NCBI GenBank assembly: GCA_047611865.1
Contig: JBLFWS010000001.1
Coordinates: forward strand, 1 to 64,000
Direction of reading: 5' to 3'
DNA: 64,000 nt
Origin: Chlamydiales bacterium
Lineage (GTDB): Bacteria > Chlamydiota > Chlamydiia > Chlamydiales > JBDQID01
The notes under the pieces are model-generated. The model saw only the letters and a program-made list of their open reading frames with translations, did not search any database and was not told the DNA's origin. Both the position numbers and the translations under genes were made by a program. Positions 1 through 9,296 of this stretch are shown here, in pieces. Numbering within the stretch: the first letter of the stretch is position 1; each line of letters opens with the position of its first letter.

Positions 1-110
1 ACGAACAATACATGAAAATACTTTTTAAAAACTTAGACTTGGATCTGAATGACAAAAAAGTCTCACGGGTATTTACACGCTTCGGTGGATATGGGTGCAT
101 CGCGGCCTAA
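1..110 (+). CDS. 3' end of a CDS truncated by the window edge, function unknown
   Basis: Open frame from base 3 (EQYMKILFKNLDLDLNDKKVSRVFTRFGGYGCIAA) ending TAA at 108-110, 39 bp before the next same-strand ORF. Confidence 0.5.
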   Translation, partial: EQYMKILFKNLDLDLNDKKVSRVFTRFGGYGCIAA

Positions 111-149
111 AACTGTCTGGACTATTGCTACATAAGACCTAAGGATTTC

Positions 150-821
150 ATGAAAAACTGTCGGAAAAAATACTGGAAGAACATAATCTTTGATACTTTT
201 GTATTTATATGCGCCTTTTCAGGAATTTACCTGCTGGTTCATTTGCTTTTAAACAAATTCGGCGACTACCCGATTATAGGGGAATTCCAAAAAATCGCAG
301 AAGGCTCAATTTCTATAATTCTAACAAAAATTCTAACAAATATTTATTATTTTAAGAAAGGCCCAAAAGTTCATTTCTGCAAAGATGTCGAACAAATAAA
401 TAAATTCCTAGGGGAATTTCTCTTAAACGGCTCTAACGCCAAGGTTATTAGTAAAGACGCATCCTGGATGAATAAAGAGTTCCTCAAAGAGCTAAATAAT
501 AAAAATGTCGACATAGAATTATTCACCCACGAGGCAATAGATCCCAAAATAGAAGTCATCATGGCGAAGTCTGGTATAACAAACCACGTCACAAATTTTC
601 CCACTGCTAAATCAAGGTTCACATTACTAAATTCAGGTAAAGGGGTGGGTCAAGCATTAGCAATCTCCAGAAAACTCATTCCTGAACACGAAATTACTGT
701 TTATACTAGCGAAACAGGAGCTCAATTCCTTGCAATGGCCGAAGATATCATAAGCCTTTTGAAAACTGTAAGCCTTTTAAAAGATGAAATAGCTCTTTTA
801 AAAGCTAAATCTGGAGAATAG
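150..821 (+). CDS. hypothetical membrane protein (N-terminal hydrophobic segments plus soluble domain)
   Basis: 223-aa ORF with hydrophobic N-terminal stretches (IIFDTFVFICAFSGIYLLVHLLL; ISIILTKILTNIYYF); 4 bp before the next gene. Confidence 0.6.
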   Translation: MKNCRKKYWKNIIFDTFVFICAFSGIYLLVHLLLNKFGDYPIIGEFQKIAEGSISIILTKILTNIYYFKKGPKVHFCKDVEQINKFLGEFLLNGSNAKVISKDASWMNKEFLKELNNKNVDIELFTHEAIDPKIEVIMAKSGITNHVTNFPTAKSRFTLLNSGKGVGQALAISRKLIPEHEITVYTSETGAQFLAMAEDIISLLKTVSLLKDEIALLKAKSGE

Positions 822-825
822 CCTC

Positions 826-1533
826 ATGCTTAAGAAGTGGGACAAAGCAGCTAAAATTAGAAGAGAACAAATAGAAAAAAAATTAGACCTAACCCTCAGT
901 GAAGTCTTTTGTCCATTTTACACAGATATAATAAGTAAAGAATCCCCTACTTCTGTAATTGAAATCGGCTCTGGAACAGGGCACCTTGCGCTACACCTAT
1001 CTAAGAAAGTAAAAAAATACATAGGTATTGAGCCATCTAAAGGAATGTTCGATGTTGCGCAAAAAGTTCTCAAAGAAAGTAACGTAGAACTAATCAATGA
1101 CCTTGCTGAGAACATCTCCCCTTTGGAAACATATGACCTGTTGCTATCTCATATGTGCTTACAAACCATAGAAAACATAGATGAGATTCTCCACTCAATC
1201 TCACTCCTAATGGATGAAAAATCCGTTTTTGTTTTTTCGATACCTCACCCCTGCTTTTGGAACAATTACAGCAAATGGGGAGCAGATGATTATGAATATA
1301 TGAATAAAACCTATGGCACAGTTCATCTGAAAATAACAAAAGACCCTGAAAACCAGTTTGAAATTCCCTATGCACATAGACCTCTCCAGCACTATTTTCA
1401 TAGCCTAAATAAAAATAACTTATGCGTTTCGAACCTTACTGAAATCTTCCCCGAGGAGAATATTCAAGCCTTGTACGGCAAGCCCTGGAAAGAACCTAGG
1501 TACATCGCATTTTTCGTTGTAAGGGCTACATAG
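826..1533 (+). CDS. class I SAM-dependent methyltransferase
   Basis: VIEIGSGTG motif I, GIEPS motif II, YDLLLSHMCLQ, FVFSIPHP; GGAG RBS upstream. Confidence 0.85.
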   Translation: MLKKWDKAAKIRREQIEKKLDLTLSEVFCPFYTDIISKESPTSVIEIGSGTGHLALHLSKKVKKYIGIEPSKGMFDVAQKVLKESNVELINDLAENISPLETYDLLLSHMCLQTIENIDEILHSISLLMDEKSVFVFSIPHPCFWNNYSKWGADDYEYMNKTYGTVHLKITKDPENQFEIPYAHRPLQHYFHSLNKNNLCVSNLTEIFPEENIQALYGKPWKEPRYIAFFVVRAT

Positions 1534-1770
1534 CCCGTAAGAAGGCTAACGACACATCTTTTTAATTATTAACAGAAAAAGAGCCCCCCCTCTAATATTA
1601 ATTATTCTAATATCGCGTGTGGTGTGATGCTTTTTTATCATTTATTAACTTGAGTTACCGTAAGAAGTTGTGAACTATTCCCCCATGAGTCCCCCCAAGA
1701 AAGAGTTTTAGTGAGTGGGGGAGTAAGAAAAGACCACCTTACCTAATTAAAGATAAAGTGGTTAAGTCTG

Positions 1771-1843
1771 TGCCAAAAACAGGGATCGAACCTGCGGCCT
1801 GCGCGTTACGAATGCGCTGCTCTACCAACTGAGCTATTTTGGC
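1771..1843 (-). tRNA. tRNA-Thr(CGT)
   Basis: Reverse complement GCCAAAATAGCTCAGTTGGTAGAGCAGCGCATTCGTAACGCGCAGGCCGCAGGTTCGATCCCTGTTTTTGGCA folds as a cloverleaf; anticodon loop TT-CGT-AA; T-loop GTTCGAT; CCA not encoded. Confidence 0.95.
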
Positions 1844-1890
1844 AGAAGAGAATATCGAGATCTTATCTAATTTTATAATATTTAGCCAGC

Positions 1891-1919
1891 TTGATCTCTA
1901 GTCCGGATTTTGATAAAAT
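1891..1919 (+). promoter_or_regulatory. putative sigma66/70 promoter for tyrP
   Basis: TTGATC-17 bp-TAAAAT with a TG extended -10, ~50 bp upstream of the start codon. Confidence 0.45.
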
Positions 1920-1970
1920 AGTCAAAACCTAAATTAGTCAATAATAATGACTTGAGAGTATTTATCCATT

Positions 1971-3182
1971 ATGGCCGAAACAAATAATACAGGTAGTACA
2001 ACAAGTGGAGTCCTTCTTATTGCAGGGACTAGTATAGGCGCTGGAATGCTTGGAATCCCCTTGCTGAGTGGTCTGGCAGGTTTTGTACCTTGCATGTTAG
2101 CTAATTTCTTGTGTTGGCTATTCATGTTAAGCACAGGTCTTTTAATCCTTGAGGCTACTCTATGGATGGAAGACGGGGCAAATATCATTTCCATGACAGA
2201 GCGATTTCTAGGACCATGGGGGAAGAAAATTGGAGGCTGCTTATACCTTTTTCTTTATTACTGCCTCCTTACCGCCTATTTCGCTGGTGGTGCCCCAATA
2301 TTTGTCCAAGTTCTAAACCACTCTTTCAAGCTCTCTTTAGGGGTTCATGAAGGCTACTGCCTTTTTGCCGTAAGCTTTGGGGTAATATTATTTATGGGTG
2401 CACGACTTGTGGACCGCATGAATTTTATTTTAATCATAGGGATGGTTATTTCATTTTTCTCTCTTCTATCCCTAGGTAGCGCTGAAGTTAAATATGATTT
2501 ACTTGCCAGAGCAGACTGGCCCTTGACCCTTTTGTCGTTTCCCATTCTCTTTAGTGCCTATGGTTATCACAATGTAATTCCTTCACTCTGCACCTATTTA
2601 AAACGCAATACTGAAAACCTCCGAAAAGCCATCATCATCGGTTCCTCAATCCCATTTTTAGTATATTCCATCTGGCAATGGCTCATTATTGGATCCGTCC
2701 CAAAAGAGATTCTTACACAAATGATGTCGCAAGGGGTCCCCGCCACTGAAGCATTAAAAGTCGTGGGGAATTCAGAATGGCTTGTAAGTTTTGCAGAAGC
2801 CTTTTCTTTCTTTGCTTTAGTAACCTCTTTACTCGGCGTATCGCTAGCCATGCTCGATTTTCTTAGCGACGGATTCAAAGCCAGAAAGACAGACTCTACC
2901 AGAGCAGTGTTATGCATATTAGTTTTTCTTCCCCCTCTTTTTTTCGCTTGGCACAACCCCAATTTATTCATTTTCGCTCTCGAAATAGCTGGTGGATTCG
3001 GCGAGGCGATACTAAATGGCTTGTTGCCTGTTATGATGGTTTGGGTGGGAAGGTATCACATGAACTTAGATTCAGAAGTTCGTCTTCCGGGTGGACGATA
3101 TTCCCTCGTTCTAATTACAGTACTGACCTTATTTATTATTGCCTTAGAAACAACACTTATCATTATGGGAAAACCCCATTAA
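1971..3182 (+). CDS. tyrP: aromatic amino acid (Tyr/Trp) permease, HAAAP family
   Basis: LLIAGTSIGAGMLGIP N-terminal motif, ILFSAYGYHNVIPSL, FALVTSLLGV; ~11 TM segments. Confidence 0.85.
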   Translation: MAETNNTGSTTSGVLLIAGTSIGAGMLGIPLLSGLAGFVPCMLANFLCWLFMLSTGLLILEATLWMEDGANIISMTERFLGPWGKKIGGCLYLFLYYCLLTAYFAGGAPIFVQVLNHSFKLSLGVHEGYCLFAVSFGVILFMGARLVDRMNFILIIGMVISFFSLLSLGSAEVKYDLLARADWPLTLLSFPILFSAYGYHNVIPSLCTYLKRNTENLRKAIIIGSSIPFLVYSIWQWLIIGSVPKEILTQMMSQGVPATEALKVVGNSEWLVSFAEAFSFFALVTSLLGVSLAMLDFLSDGFKARKTDSTRAVLCILVFLPPLFFAWHNPNLFIFALEIAGGFGEAILNGLLPVMMVWVGRYHMNLDSEVRLPGGRYSLVLITVLTLFIIALETTLIIMGKPH

Positions 3183-3186
3183 ACGT

Positions 3187-4395
3187 CTAGCGAAGGGCTG
3201 GCTGGTCGGACTCATCATATCCCACCGGAGGGATAATAAAGACCATAGATAGAGCATCTAGATCGCTTGCAGTAGACCTTGCTTCTAAGTCATAAGAATA
3301 TCCTCCCTCTTTAAGAAGGTCTATCTTTGTTACCTCCGCCACCCGAAGGCCTTCGGGGAAGACTCCGTCCATTCCTGTCGTAACAAGAAGATCGTTAACT
3401 TTCAGGATAGGCATTTCTACCCCTACCTCATCGTTAAGCGGAATCCCCGTACGCAGATCACGAGCGGGCCCTCTTTCATCAGTAAAGTCATAATTAAAGC
3501 CTACCCCTCTCAAGAATTTTCCATTGGATCGATATGAAGGCTTTGTGGCACCTCTAAGAATCCCTTTAGCTAAGAACCATTCTTCCTGATATTTGTAGAG
3601 ATGTTCTTTTAAGTGATTCAGGCTTGCCACCAAACCATCATTATAGTCTTCTGAAAAAAAAAGATCGTCTCGCATTGTCAGGGCTTCTATCAAAGCTATA
3701 ACATGCTCACTAAGTAAAGCATTTTGCTTATATCCCCTCACTGCGCGCACAGAAGGCATCAAACCGGGATCAGTGATTAATCTGACTCGACTTTGATGCC
3801 TACCCACGTAATCCACTACCCCTACTACAGAAGTCCCAAGGAGAACAGGGCTATTTTTTGCCACAACAATCCGGTCGAAATTTTGATTATCGACATTACC
3901 AACGTTTACCCACAAAGAACTGTCCCAATAAGATGGATCTCGATGTATCACCCGTGCAGGTATTGCCTGGACTTGAAGTTTTAATAATTGCCGAAGCTCA
4001 GCGTAATGCTTGTAGAAAGACCTTTGAACATCATCAACCCCAGTTACCATGTTTTTCAATTCGTCGAGTTTCTGATCGACAAAACGCTCATGATCTGTAA
4101 GGTCTCGCAGCCTGCGTAACTCATTACTGAGTTGTTCATTTTCTAAGTTGAGACGCTGAATTTCTTCTGGGATTGTAAGCGTCTGCTTTCCAATACGGAA
4201 TTTCATACTGTTGGATGACCACAGGCGGATTACCCAAGACTTCCCGTTTCCGATGCGCTCCCACGTAGAACTTAAGGATGCAATAACACCGCCACGAATA
4301 TTTTCTGTAGCACCCTTTGGGATACTCATGACAGCCAATACTGCGGCTATGATTAGAAAATATGCTTTGTATGAAGTCTTTCTAAAGGGCCTCAA
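3187..4395 (-). CDS. mreC: rod shape-determining protein MreC (chlamydial type)
   Basis: N-terminal TM, coiled coil (LENEQL..ELRRL), PARVIHRDP, GVVGVV..VG...SRVRLITD, LLVTTGMDGVFPEGL. Confidence 0.85.
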   Translation of the reverse strand: MRPFRKTSYKAYFLIIAAVLAVMSIPKGATENIRGGVIASLSSTWERIGNGKSWVIRLWSSNSMKFRIGKQTLTIPEEIQRLNLENEQLSNELRRLRDLTDHERFVDQKLDELKNMVTGVDDVQRSFYKHYAELRQLLKLQVQAIPARVIHRDPSYWDSSLWVNVGNVDNQNFDRIVVAKNSPVLLGTSVVGVVDYVGRHQSRVRLITDPGLMPSVRAVRGYKQNALLSEHVIALIEALTMRDDLFFSEDYNDGLVASLNHLKEHLYKYQEEWFLAKGILRGATKPSYRSNGKFLRGVGFNYDFTDERGPARDLRTGIPLNDEVGVEMPILKVNDLLVTTGMDGVFPEGLRVAEVTKIDLLKEGGYSYDLEARSTASDLDALSMVFIIPPVGYDESDQPALR

Positions 4396-4418
4396 TATTT
4401 AGGCTCCCTACTAAGGGG

Positions 4419-5642
4419 TTATATAACCGATACCACAGCATCAACAACATATTCCAGGTTCGATGAAGATAGTCCTGCGACATTTATGCGTCCGCTTCCA
4501 GGCATATAGATACCGTATTCGGCTATCAAGCGATCTACGTGGTCTTTTTCTAATCCGGAGAAAGAAAACATCCCTTTTTGCTTATGCATAAAACTAAAAT
4601 CGTATTGCTGGGTTTTTGCAAGTAGTCCTGAAGCAAAAGATTTCCGCATTTCAGAAATTCTCTCACGCATATTCTGAAGTTCCCTTTGCCACTCTTGAGT
4701 TAGGCTGTCAGAATTTAATATCGTCTTTACCAGCTTTGCTCCATATGAGGGAGGGCTGGAATAATTCGCGCGTACGATCGTTTTAACTCTACTTTGGACT
4801 TTCTCTGCGAGCATTCTTTCGCCAGTAAGAACAAAAAACGCACCAACCCGTTCTCCGTAAAGTCCGAAATTCTTTGAACAAGAGTAGGAAATAAGCATTT
4901 CGTGCCCGTCTCTAGCGAATTGCCGTATTACCTCTGCATCTTCTAGCAAACCATTTCCAAAGCCCTGGTACGCAAAATCAAAAAATGGAACAAGCCCACC
5001 TTCTTTGATTAAAGAAGAAATTTCTTTCCACTCTTCTATTTTGGGATCCATTCCCGTAGGGTTATGGCAACATGCATGTAAAAGGATTGTGCTCCCTTCT
5101 GGCATTTTTTTAATGGCTGCACACATCCCTGAAAAGTCGAGTGCGTGAGTTTTTCTATCATAGTAAGGGTAGAATTCGACTTGCTGTCCTGACCGAGTAA
5201 ACAAAGGCTTATGATTGGCCCACGAAGGGTCTGAGAGATAAAGAGAGTTTCCAATTTCTTGAGTTAGAAAATCCGCTCCAATACGAAGGGCCCCAGTCCC
5301 GCCCACAGTCTGTGCTGAATAGAGTCTTCCGGATGCAAGCACTTCAGAATCATCACCAAAGATTAGCTCGGAAATCAAGCGCAAGAACTCTTTGTCCCCA
5401 TCAATTGGAAGATATTCGTGATTATGGTCTGAGGAGGCAATAATATTTTCTGCTTTCTTTATCGTTGATAAAACCATGGGTTGCAAATCAGAAGTTTTAT
5501 AAGCTCCAACTCCCAAGTTTACTTTGCTAGAGCGAACATCTTTTGCAAAGGAAGTATTCAAGCTGAGGATTGGATCATCTGCAGCCATTGTAATTTTATC
5601 AAAAAATCCCATTGTCCTATCCCTGTGTGGCGTCAAAGCCAT
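4419..5642 (-). CDS. aspC: aspartate/aromatic amino acid aminotransferase
   Basis: KVNLGVGAY, QTVGGTGALR, HACCHNPTG, DFAYQGF, SCSKNFGLYGERVG (PLP lysine), GRINVAG. Confidence 0.95.
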   Translation of the reverse strand: MALTPHRDRTMGFFDKITMAADDPILSLNTSFAKDVRSSKVNLGVGAYKTSDLQPMVLSTIKKAENIIASSDHNHEYLPIDGDKEFLRLISELIFGDDSEVLASGRLYSAQTVGGTGALRIGADFLTQEIGNSLYLSDPSWANHKPLFTRSGQQVEFYPYYDRKTHALDFSGMCAAIKKMPEGSTILLHACCHNPTGMDPKIEEWKEISSLIKEGGLVPFFDFAYQGFGNGLLEDAEVIRQFARDGHEMLISYSCSKNFGLYGERVGAFFVLTGERMLAEKVQSRVKTIVRANYSSPPSYGAKLVKTILNSDSLTQEWQRELQNMRERISEMRKSFASGLLAKTQQYDFSFMHKQKGMFSFSGLEKDHVDRLIAEYGIYMPGSGRINVAGLSSSNLEYVVDAVVSVI

Positions 5643-5696
5643 TATATTACTGAATTAAACTTTTTTGTCTATCTATCAAAAAAGAGGGAAATAAGC

Positions 5697-5743
5697 AAAA
5701 AAAAGGACTCGGAAGGAAAAGTATAATTCCCTTTCGAGTCTTT
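5697..5743 (-). terminator. intrinsic terminator (minus strand)
   Basis: On the minus strand: GACTCGAAAGGGAA...TTCCTTCCGAGTC stem followed by a T8 run. Confidence 0.6.
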
Positions 5744-5954
5744 GCAATTTGATCAACACACCATGCTAGCTCCTCATAGGAAGCTAGCATGGAAAACGAT
5801 GAGCTAAGACTTAGCCTTTTCCACCGTTATACTTAAGCGTCATAACGGGGCTTCAGGGTTTCCCCCTAGACTCGGGCTCCGAGTCTTTTTATATTTTCAT
5901 TCTTTATGACTTGTCTACCTGCGCATATTCCCCACAGAAGATAGAATCATAGAA

Positions 5955-6599
5955 TTAGAATGAGTACCTTAGACCTAGAGTTACACCGTGTGTTTCCACA
6001 TCTTGTTCGGTTTTATTTCCACCTTCAAGATTAAATGTAGGCTTCTCTGTAGCAAACCAGCGATATTGTAAATCTAAATCAACTTGTTCCCAAACAGGAT
6101 AGGAGGCCCCTAGTATCAATTGGTAACTGAATACTGAGTCAGTGTCATTACCTTTGTTTGTGCCTGCAGTTTGGTTATCAAGATCGAGAGTTGACCAACC
6201 AATTCCACCACCACCGTATGCAGTAACGTCATACCATGTTCCGACATCATAAAGAGCGTTCACCATGAGAGAATTACCACTTAGGTTTCCGTCTCCGGCC
6301 ATCACTGTTCCAGCATTATCTTTAACATTGTCCACATTGAATTTGCGGTGTGTAAGCTCACCTTCCACTCTCCACATATCGTTGAGTCTTTTTCCTAGAG
6401 ATAGAGTGTAAGCATAACCTGCTTCATACTCATATTCTTCATCTGTGCCTGTACCGACTAAAATGCTAGAGTGTGATTCACTTACACTACTCCATCCAGC
6501 ACTAACGCCTGCATACCAGCCTTCACCAGCTTGTGAAACACCGCTTACAAGTGTAAATGCGGCTAACATTAGCCCAAAAATCATTGATCTTTTCATCAA
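5955..6599 (-). CDS. outer-membrane beta-barrel protein (OmpA-TM/OmpW-like, 8-stranded)
   Basis: Signal peptide ending SQA, WYAGVSAG, RVEGE, LMVNALYD, YGGGGIG, C-terminal LGLRYSF (Bam signal). Confidence 0.85.
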   Translation of the reverse strand: MMKRSMIFGLMLAAFTLVSGVSQAGEGWYAGVSAGWSSVSESHSSILVGTGTDEEYEYEAGYAYTLSLGKRLNDMWRVEGELTHRKFNVDNVKDNAGTVMAGDGNLSGNSLMVNALYDVGTWYDVTAYGGGGIGWSTLDLDNQTAGTNKGNDTDSVFSYQLILGASYPVWEQVDLDLQYRWFATEKPTFNLEGGNKTEQDVETHGVTLGLRYSF

Positions 6600-6728
6600 A
6601 CTACCTCCATTAAAGGCAAGTTACGTTATAAGGCATAATCTATATTTTTTAGTTGAATAAAAGCAAGTCCGAAAAGAACTTTTTTTTAAATTTTTGTTTA
6701 TATACTGGAAATTGTCAGTTCAAACTTC

Positions 6729-6757
6729 TTGAAGCAAAATAAGAAATTCGGTAAATT
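6729..6757 (+). promoter_or_regulatory. putative promoter of tRNA-Ala
   Basis: TTGAAG-17 bp-TAAATT, 14 bp upstream of the tRNA. Confidence 0.4.
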
Positions 6758-6771
6758 AGAATTCCTTTTAC

Positions 6772-6844
6772 GGGGCGTTAGCTCAATTGGTAGAGCGCTA
6801 CAATGGCATTGTAGAGGTCATCGGTTCGATTCCGTTACGCTCCA
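6772..6844 (+). tRNA. tRNA-Ala(GGC)
   Basis: GGGGCGTTAGCTCAATTGGTAGAGCGCTACAATGGCATTGTAGAGGTCATCGGTTCGATTCCGTTACGCTCCA; anticodon GGC; G3:U70 alanine identity pair. Confidence 0.95.
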
Positions 6845-9109
6845 CTCTTTTTTCTTTTCAATTAGATCTTCATCTTGAGTTAAGTAGTAAGTTTTTTTGT
6901 AGAAATCCTGCATTTTCTTTTGCAATCCTATACCCGGCTCAAAAACTTGCTTACATTTTGGCAGACTATTTAGAAAATGTTTCCCATAGGCTTTAGTTAT
7001 CAATCGGGAATCCAAACAAATTATACATCCTCTGTCTCTTCTATTACGAATAAGTCTTCCAAATCCCTGTTTAAATTTTACTATAGCCGCAGGAACAGCA
7101 TAATCCATGAAAGCGTTGCCTCCGTTATGAATTATTGCTTCTGTACGAGCTTGCACGATAGGCTCTGTAGGAACTTGAAAAGGTAGCTTAACCATGATCA
7201 CACAACGTAGAGTGTCTCCAACAACATCCACTCCTTCCCAAAATGAATCAGTACCAAACAATACTGAAAAATCTGAATTTCTAAACTTCTCCAACAAAAT
7301 TTGTCTATGATCATCTCCTTGTTTAAAAACAGGATACCGGGCTTTTTTAAGCCGATCCTCTAATAAACGATGACATTCTCGAAGCATGCTGAAAGAAGTG
7401 AACAATATAAAGGCATTACCTCTACTTGTTTGAAGAGTTTTCCATATATGTTCTACAGCTTCATGAATGAAATTGCTGTCTGATGGTTGTGGGAGATCTG
7501 TAGGAACCCCTACAACTACTTGCTTCATATAATCGAAAGGGGAGTCATGGACGCTTTCTTTAATTTTCCGATCTCCCAACAACTCTTCTGTTAATCCAAG
7601 TCGTTGACGGATAAAGCGAAAATGTTGATTTGTAGCCAAAGTGGCACTACAAAGAACTACTGAGTCGAATTTACTGAAAAGCCATTCTGAAAGAACTTTG
7701 GACATATCCAGCTGAGCACCAACCAGGGTAAGGTGTTCAACACCCCGTTTTGTCATATAATCGGCCCATCGGACTATCTCGGCTCGCTCTTTTCCAAAAG
7801 CGAACTCATTCAAGGATGTAGCCATTTTATCCAAACGCAAAGCAAGGGCTGTGATATCAATAAAGCTATCTTTCGTCTTATCTATGAGATTTGTATCATT
7901 TAGTAGACGGAACTTATTCTCTAAAGAGACCAAATCCTGGGCATAGCGCTGTAATGAGGCTACTAAATCTTTTAAGAAGGGTGCAACCTCTTCTATCCAA
8001 TACTTTTCAGAAAAGTGCTTCTCCCTAAACCGCAATTTATAACCACGAGAGGAGGCATCTTCGTCTCCCTCACTTTTAGGAGCAAACCTCTTAAGGTATT
8101 CAACTATTTTCTGAAAGCTCCCATTAATTTTTTGATATAGCTGACGACGCTCTCCCGCGAGGTCTATGTCAATACGATTTAAAAGGTTTTGGATCTCTTG
8201 CCCAAATTCACCAGGGTAAACTTTATATATTTTTTCCTTCAGCAAAAAGAGCTTCCCTACGCTTCCCCCTTGTTTTTCAGAAGAAAGTTTAGTCAAAAGC
8301 TGCATCAACTCAATTCGAGAAACTCTGAAGGCAAAATGTTCTGTAGCAGCATCTTCTATATTATGAGCTTCATCCAGTATCAAGTGGTCATAGGGAGGCA
8401 ATATGGCTGGTTTTGAATAATCGTTATTTTCAGCTCGGGTGGCTATGTCTGCAAAAAGAAGGTGATGGTTTACCACAAGAAGTTGAGCATTCGCTGCCCT
8501 CTTACGAGCCCTAAAGAAAAAACAATCCTCATAATGTGGGCATTTACTCCCATTGCAAGCGTCCCCATCAGCCTGTACCTTTTCCCAAACATTATAGGAA
8601 GGAACCATTGGAAGACCCGACTTTGATCCGTCCCTTGTATTTCGTGCCCAGCCATCAATTATCTGAACCTGTTCCTGCTCTTCTTTTGACAAAAACCAAA
8701 ATTCTTCAGAAATATCCTCTAATTTACGAAGGCATACATAATTCCCCATTCCCTTTACCAACACCGCTTTAAAATCTACATCCAATACGCGTTTGATGAG
8801 AGGAATATCTTTGTGAATGAGTTGTTCTTGCAGATTAATCGTATTGGTAGAAATGACGGTGCAGCGACGGTTTTTTAGAGACCAGATCACAGCAGGTACG
8901 AGGTATGCCAAGCTTTTTCCCGTTCCAGTTCCAGCTTCAATTAGGCTAATACTTCCTTCATTGTAAGTATCAACAACATCGCGCAGCATTTTTTCCTGCT
9001 GCTCTCTGATTTCAAAGCCTTTAAGAGAGTTGCTAAGACGTCCATCAGGACAAAAATAGCTAACGATCTGCTCTGCATCAAGAGTTTTAAGTGAACCTCT
9101 AGATCCCAT
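6818..9109 (-). CDS. dinG: DinG/YoaA-family ATP-dependent helicase with FeS cluster
   Basis: EAGTGTGKS Walker A, ISTNTINLQEQL, KGMGNYVC, C..C..C FeS ligands, DEAH, SATL, SFWEGVD, KQGFGRLIR. Start moved to ATG 9109 because the ORF-track extension runs through the rpoD terminator. Confidence 0.9.
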   Translation of the reverse strand: MGSRGSLKTLDAEQIVSYFCPDGRLSNSLKGFEIREQQEKMLRDVVDTYNEGSISLIEAGTGTGKSLAYLVPAVIWSLKNRRCTVISTNTINLQEQLIHKDIPLIKRVLDVDFKAVLVKGMGNYVCLRKLEDISEEFWFLSKEEQEQVQIIDGWARNTRDGSKSGLPMVPSYNVWEKVQADGDACNGSKCPHYEDCFFFRARKRAANAQLLVVNHHLLFADIATRAENNDYSKPAILPPYDHLILDEAHNIEDAATEHFAFRVSRIELMQLLTKLSSEKQGGSVGKLFLLKEKIYKVYPGEFGQEIQNLLNRIDIDLAGERRQLYQKINGSFQKIVEYLKRFAPKSEGDEDASSRGYKLRFREKHFSEKYWIEEVAPFLKDLVASLQRYAQDLVSLENKFRLLNDTNLIDKTKDSFIDITALALRLDKMATSLNEFAFGKERAEIVRWADYMTKRGVEHLTLVGAQLDMSKVLSEWLFSKFDSVVLCSATLATNQHFRFIRQRLGLTEELLGDRKIKESVHDSPFDYMKQVVVGVPTDLPQPSDSNFIHEAVEHIWKTLQTSRGNAFILFTSFSMLRECHRLLEDRLKKARYPVFKQGDDHRQILLEKFRNSDFSVLFGTDSFWEGVDVVGDTLRCVIMVKLPFQVPTEPIVQARTEAIIHNGGNAFMDYAVPAAIVKFKQGFGRLIRNRRDRGCIICLDSRLITKAYGKHFLNSLPKCKQVFEPGIGLQKKMQDFYKKTYYLTQDEDLIEKKKEWSVTESNR

Positions 9110-9255
9110 AAAAAAAATGAACCTGCATAATGAATTTTCGACTCCCAAGACTTTCAAGCAAATGAGTAAGAAAATCCGAGAGAATAACGATGTATGGGGA
9201 GACTGTTGTAATGCAAAACTACTTTCTTTGCATGCAACTTTCATACGATAAAAGA

Positions 9256-9291
9256 AATAAAAAGATGGGGTGTTTTTGAAAAACACCCCAT
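9256..9291 (-). terminator. rpoD intrinsic terminator
   Basis: Perfect 12-bp stem ATGGGGTGTTTT-TGA-AAAACACCCCAT just after the rpoD stop, followed on the minus strand by CTTTTTATTTCTTTT. Confidence 0.8.
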
Positions 9292-9296
9292 ATCAT

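Noticed and set aside
6787..6996. 69-aa plus-strand ORF
   Set aside because: It starts inside tRNA-Ala and is antisense to dinG
9110..9286. N-terminal 59 aa of the dinG ORF as given in the track
   Set aside because: It begins inside the rpoD terminator hairpin and has no helicase-like sequence; ATG 9109 is more plausible
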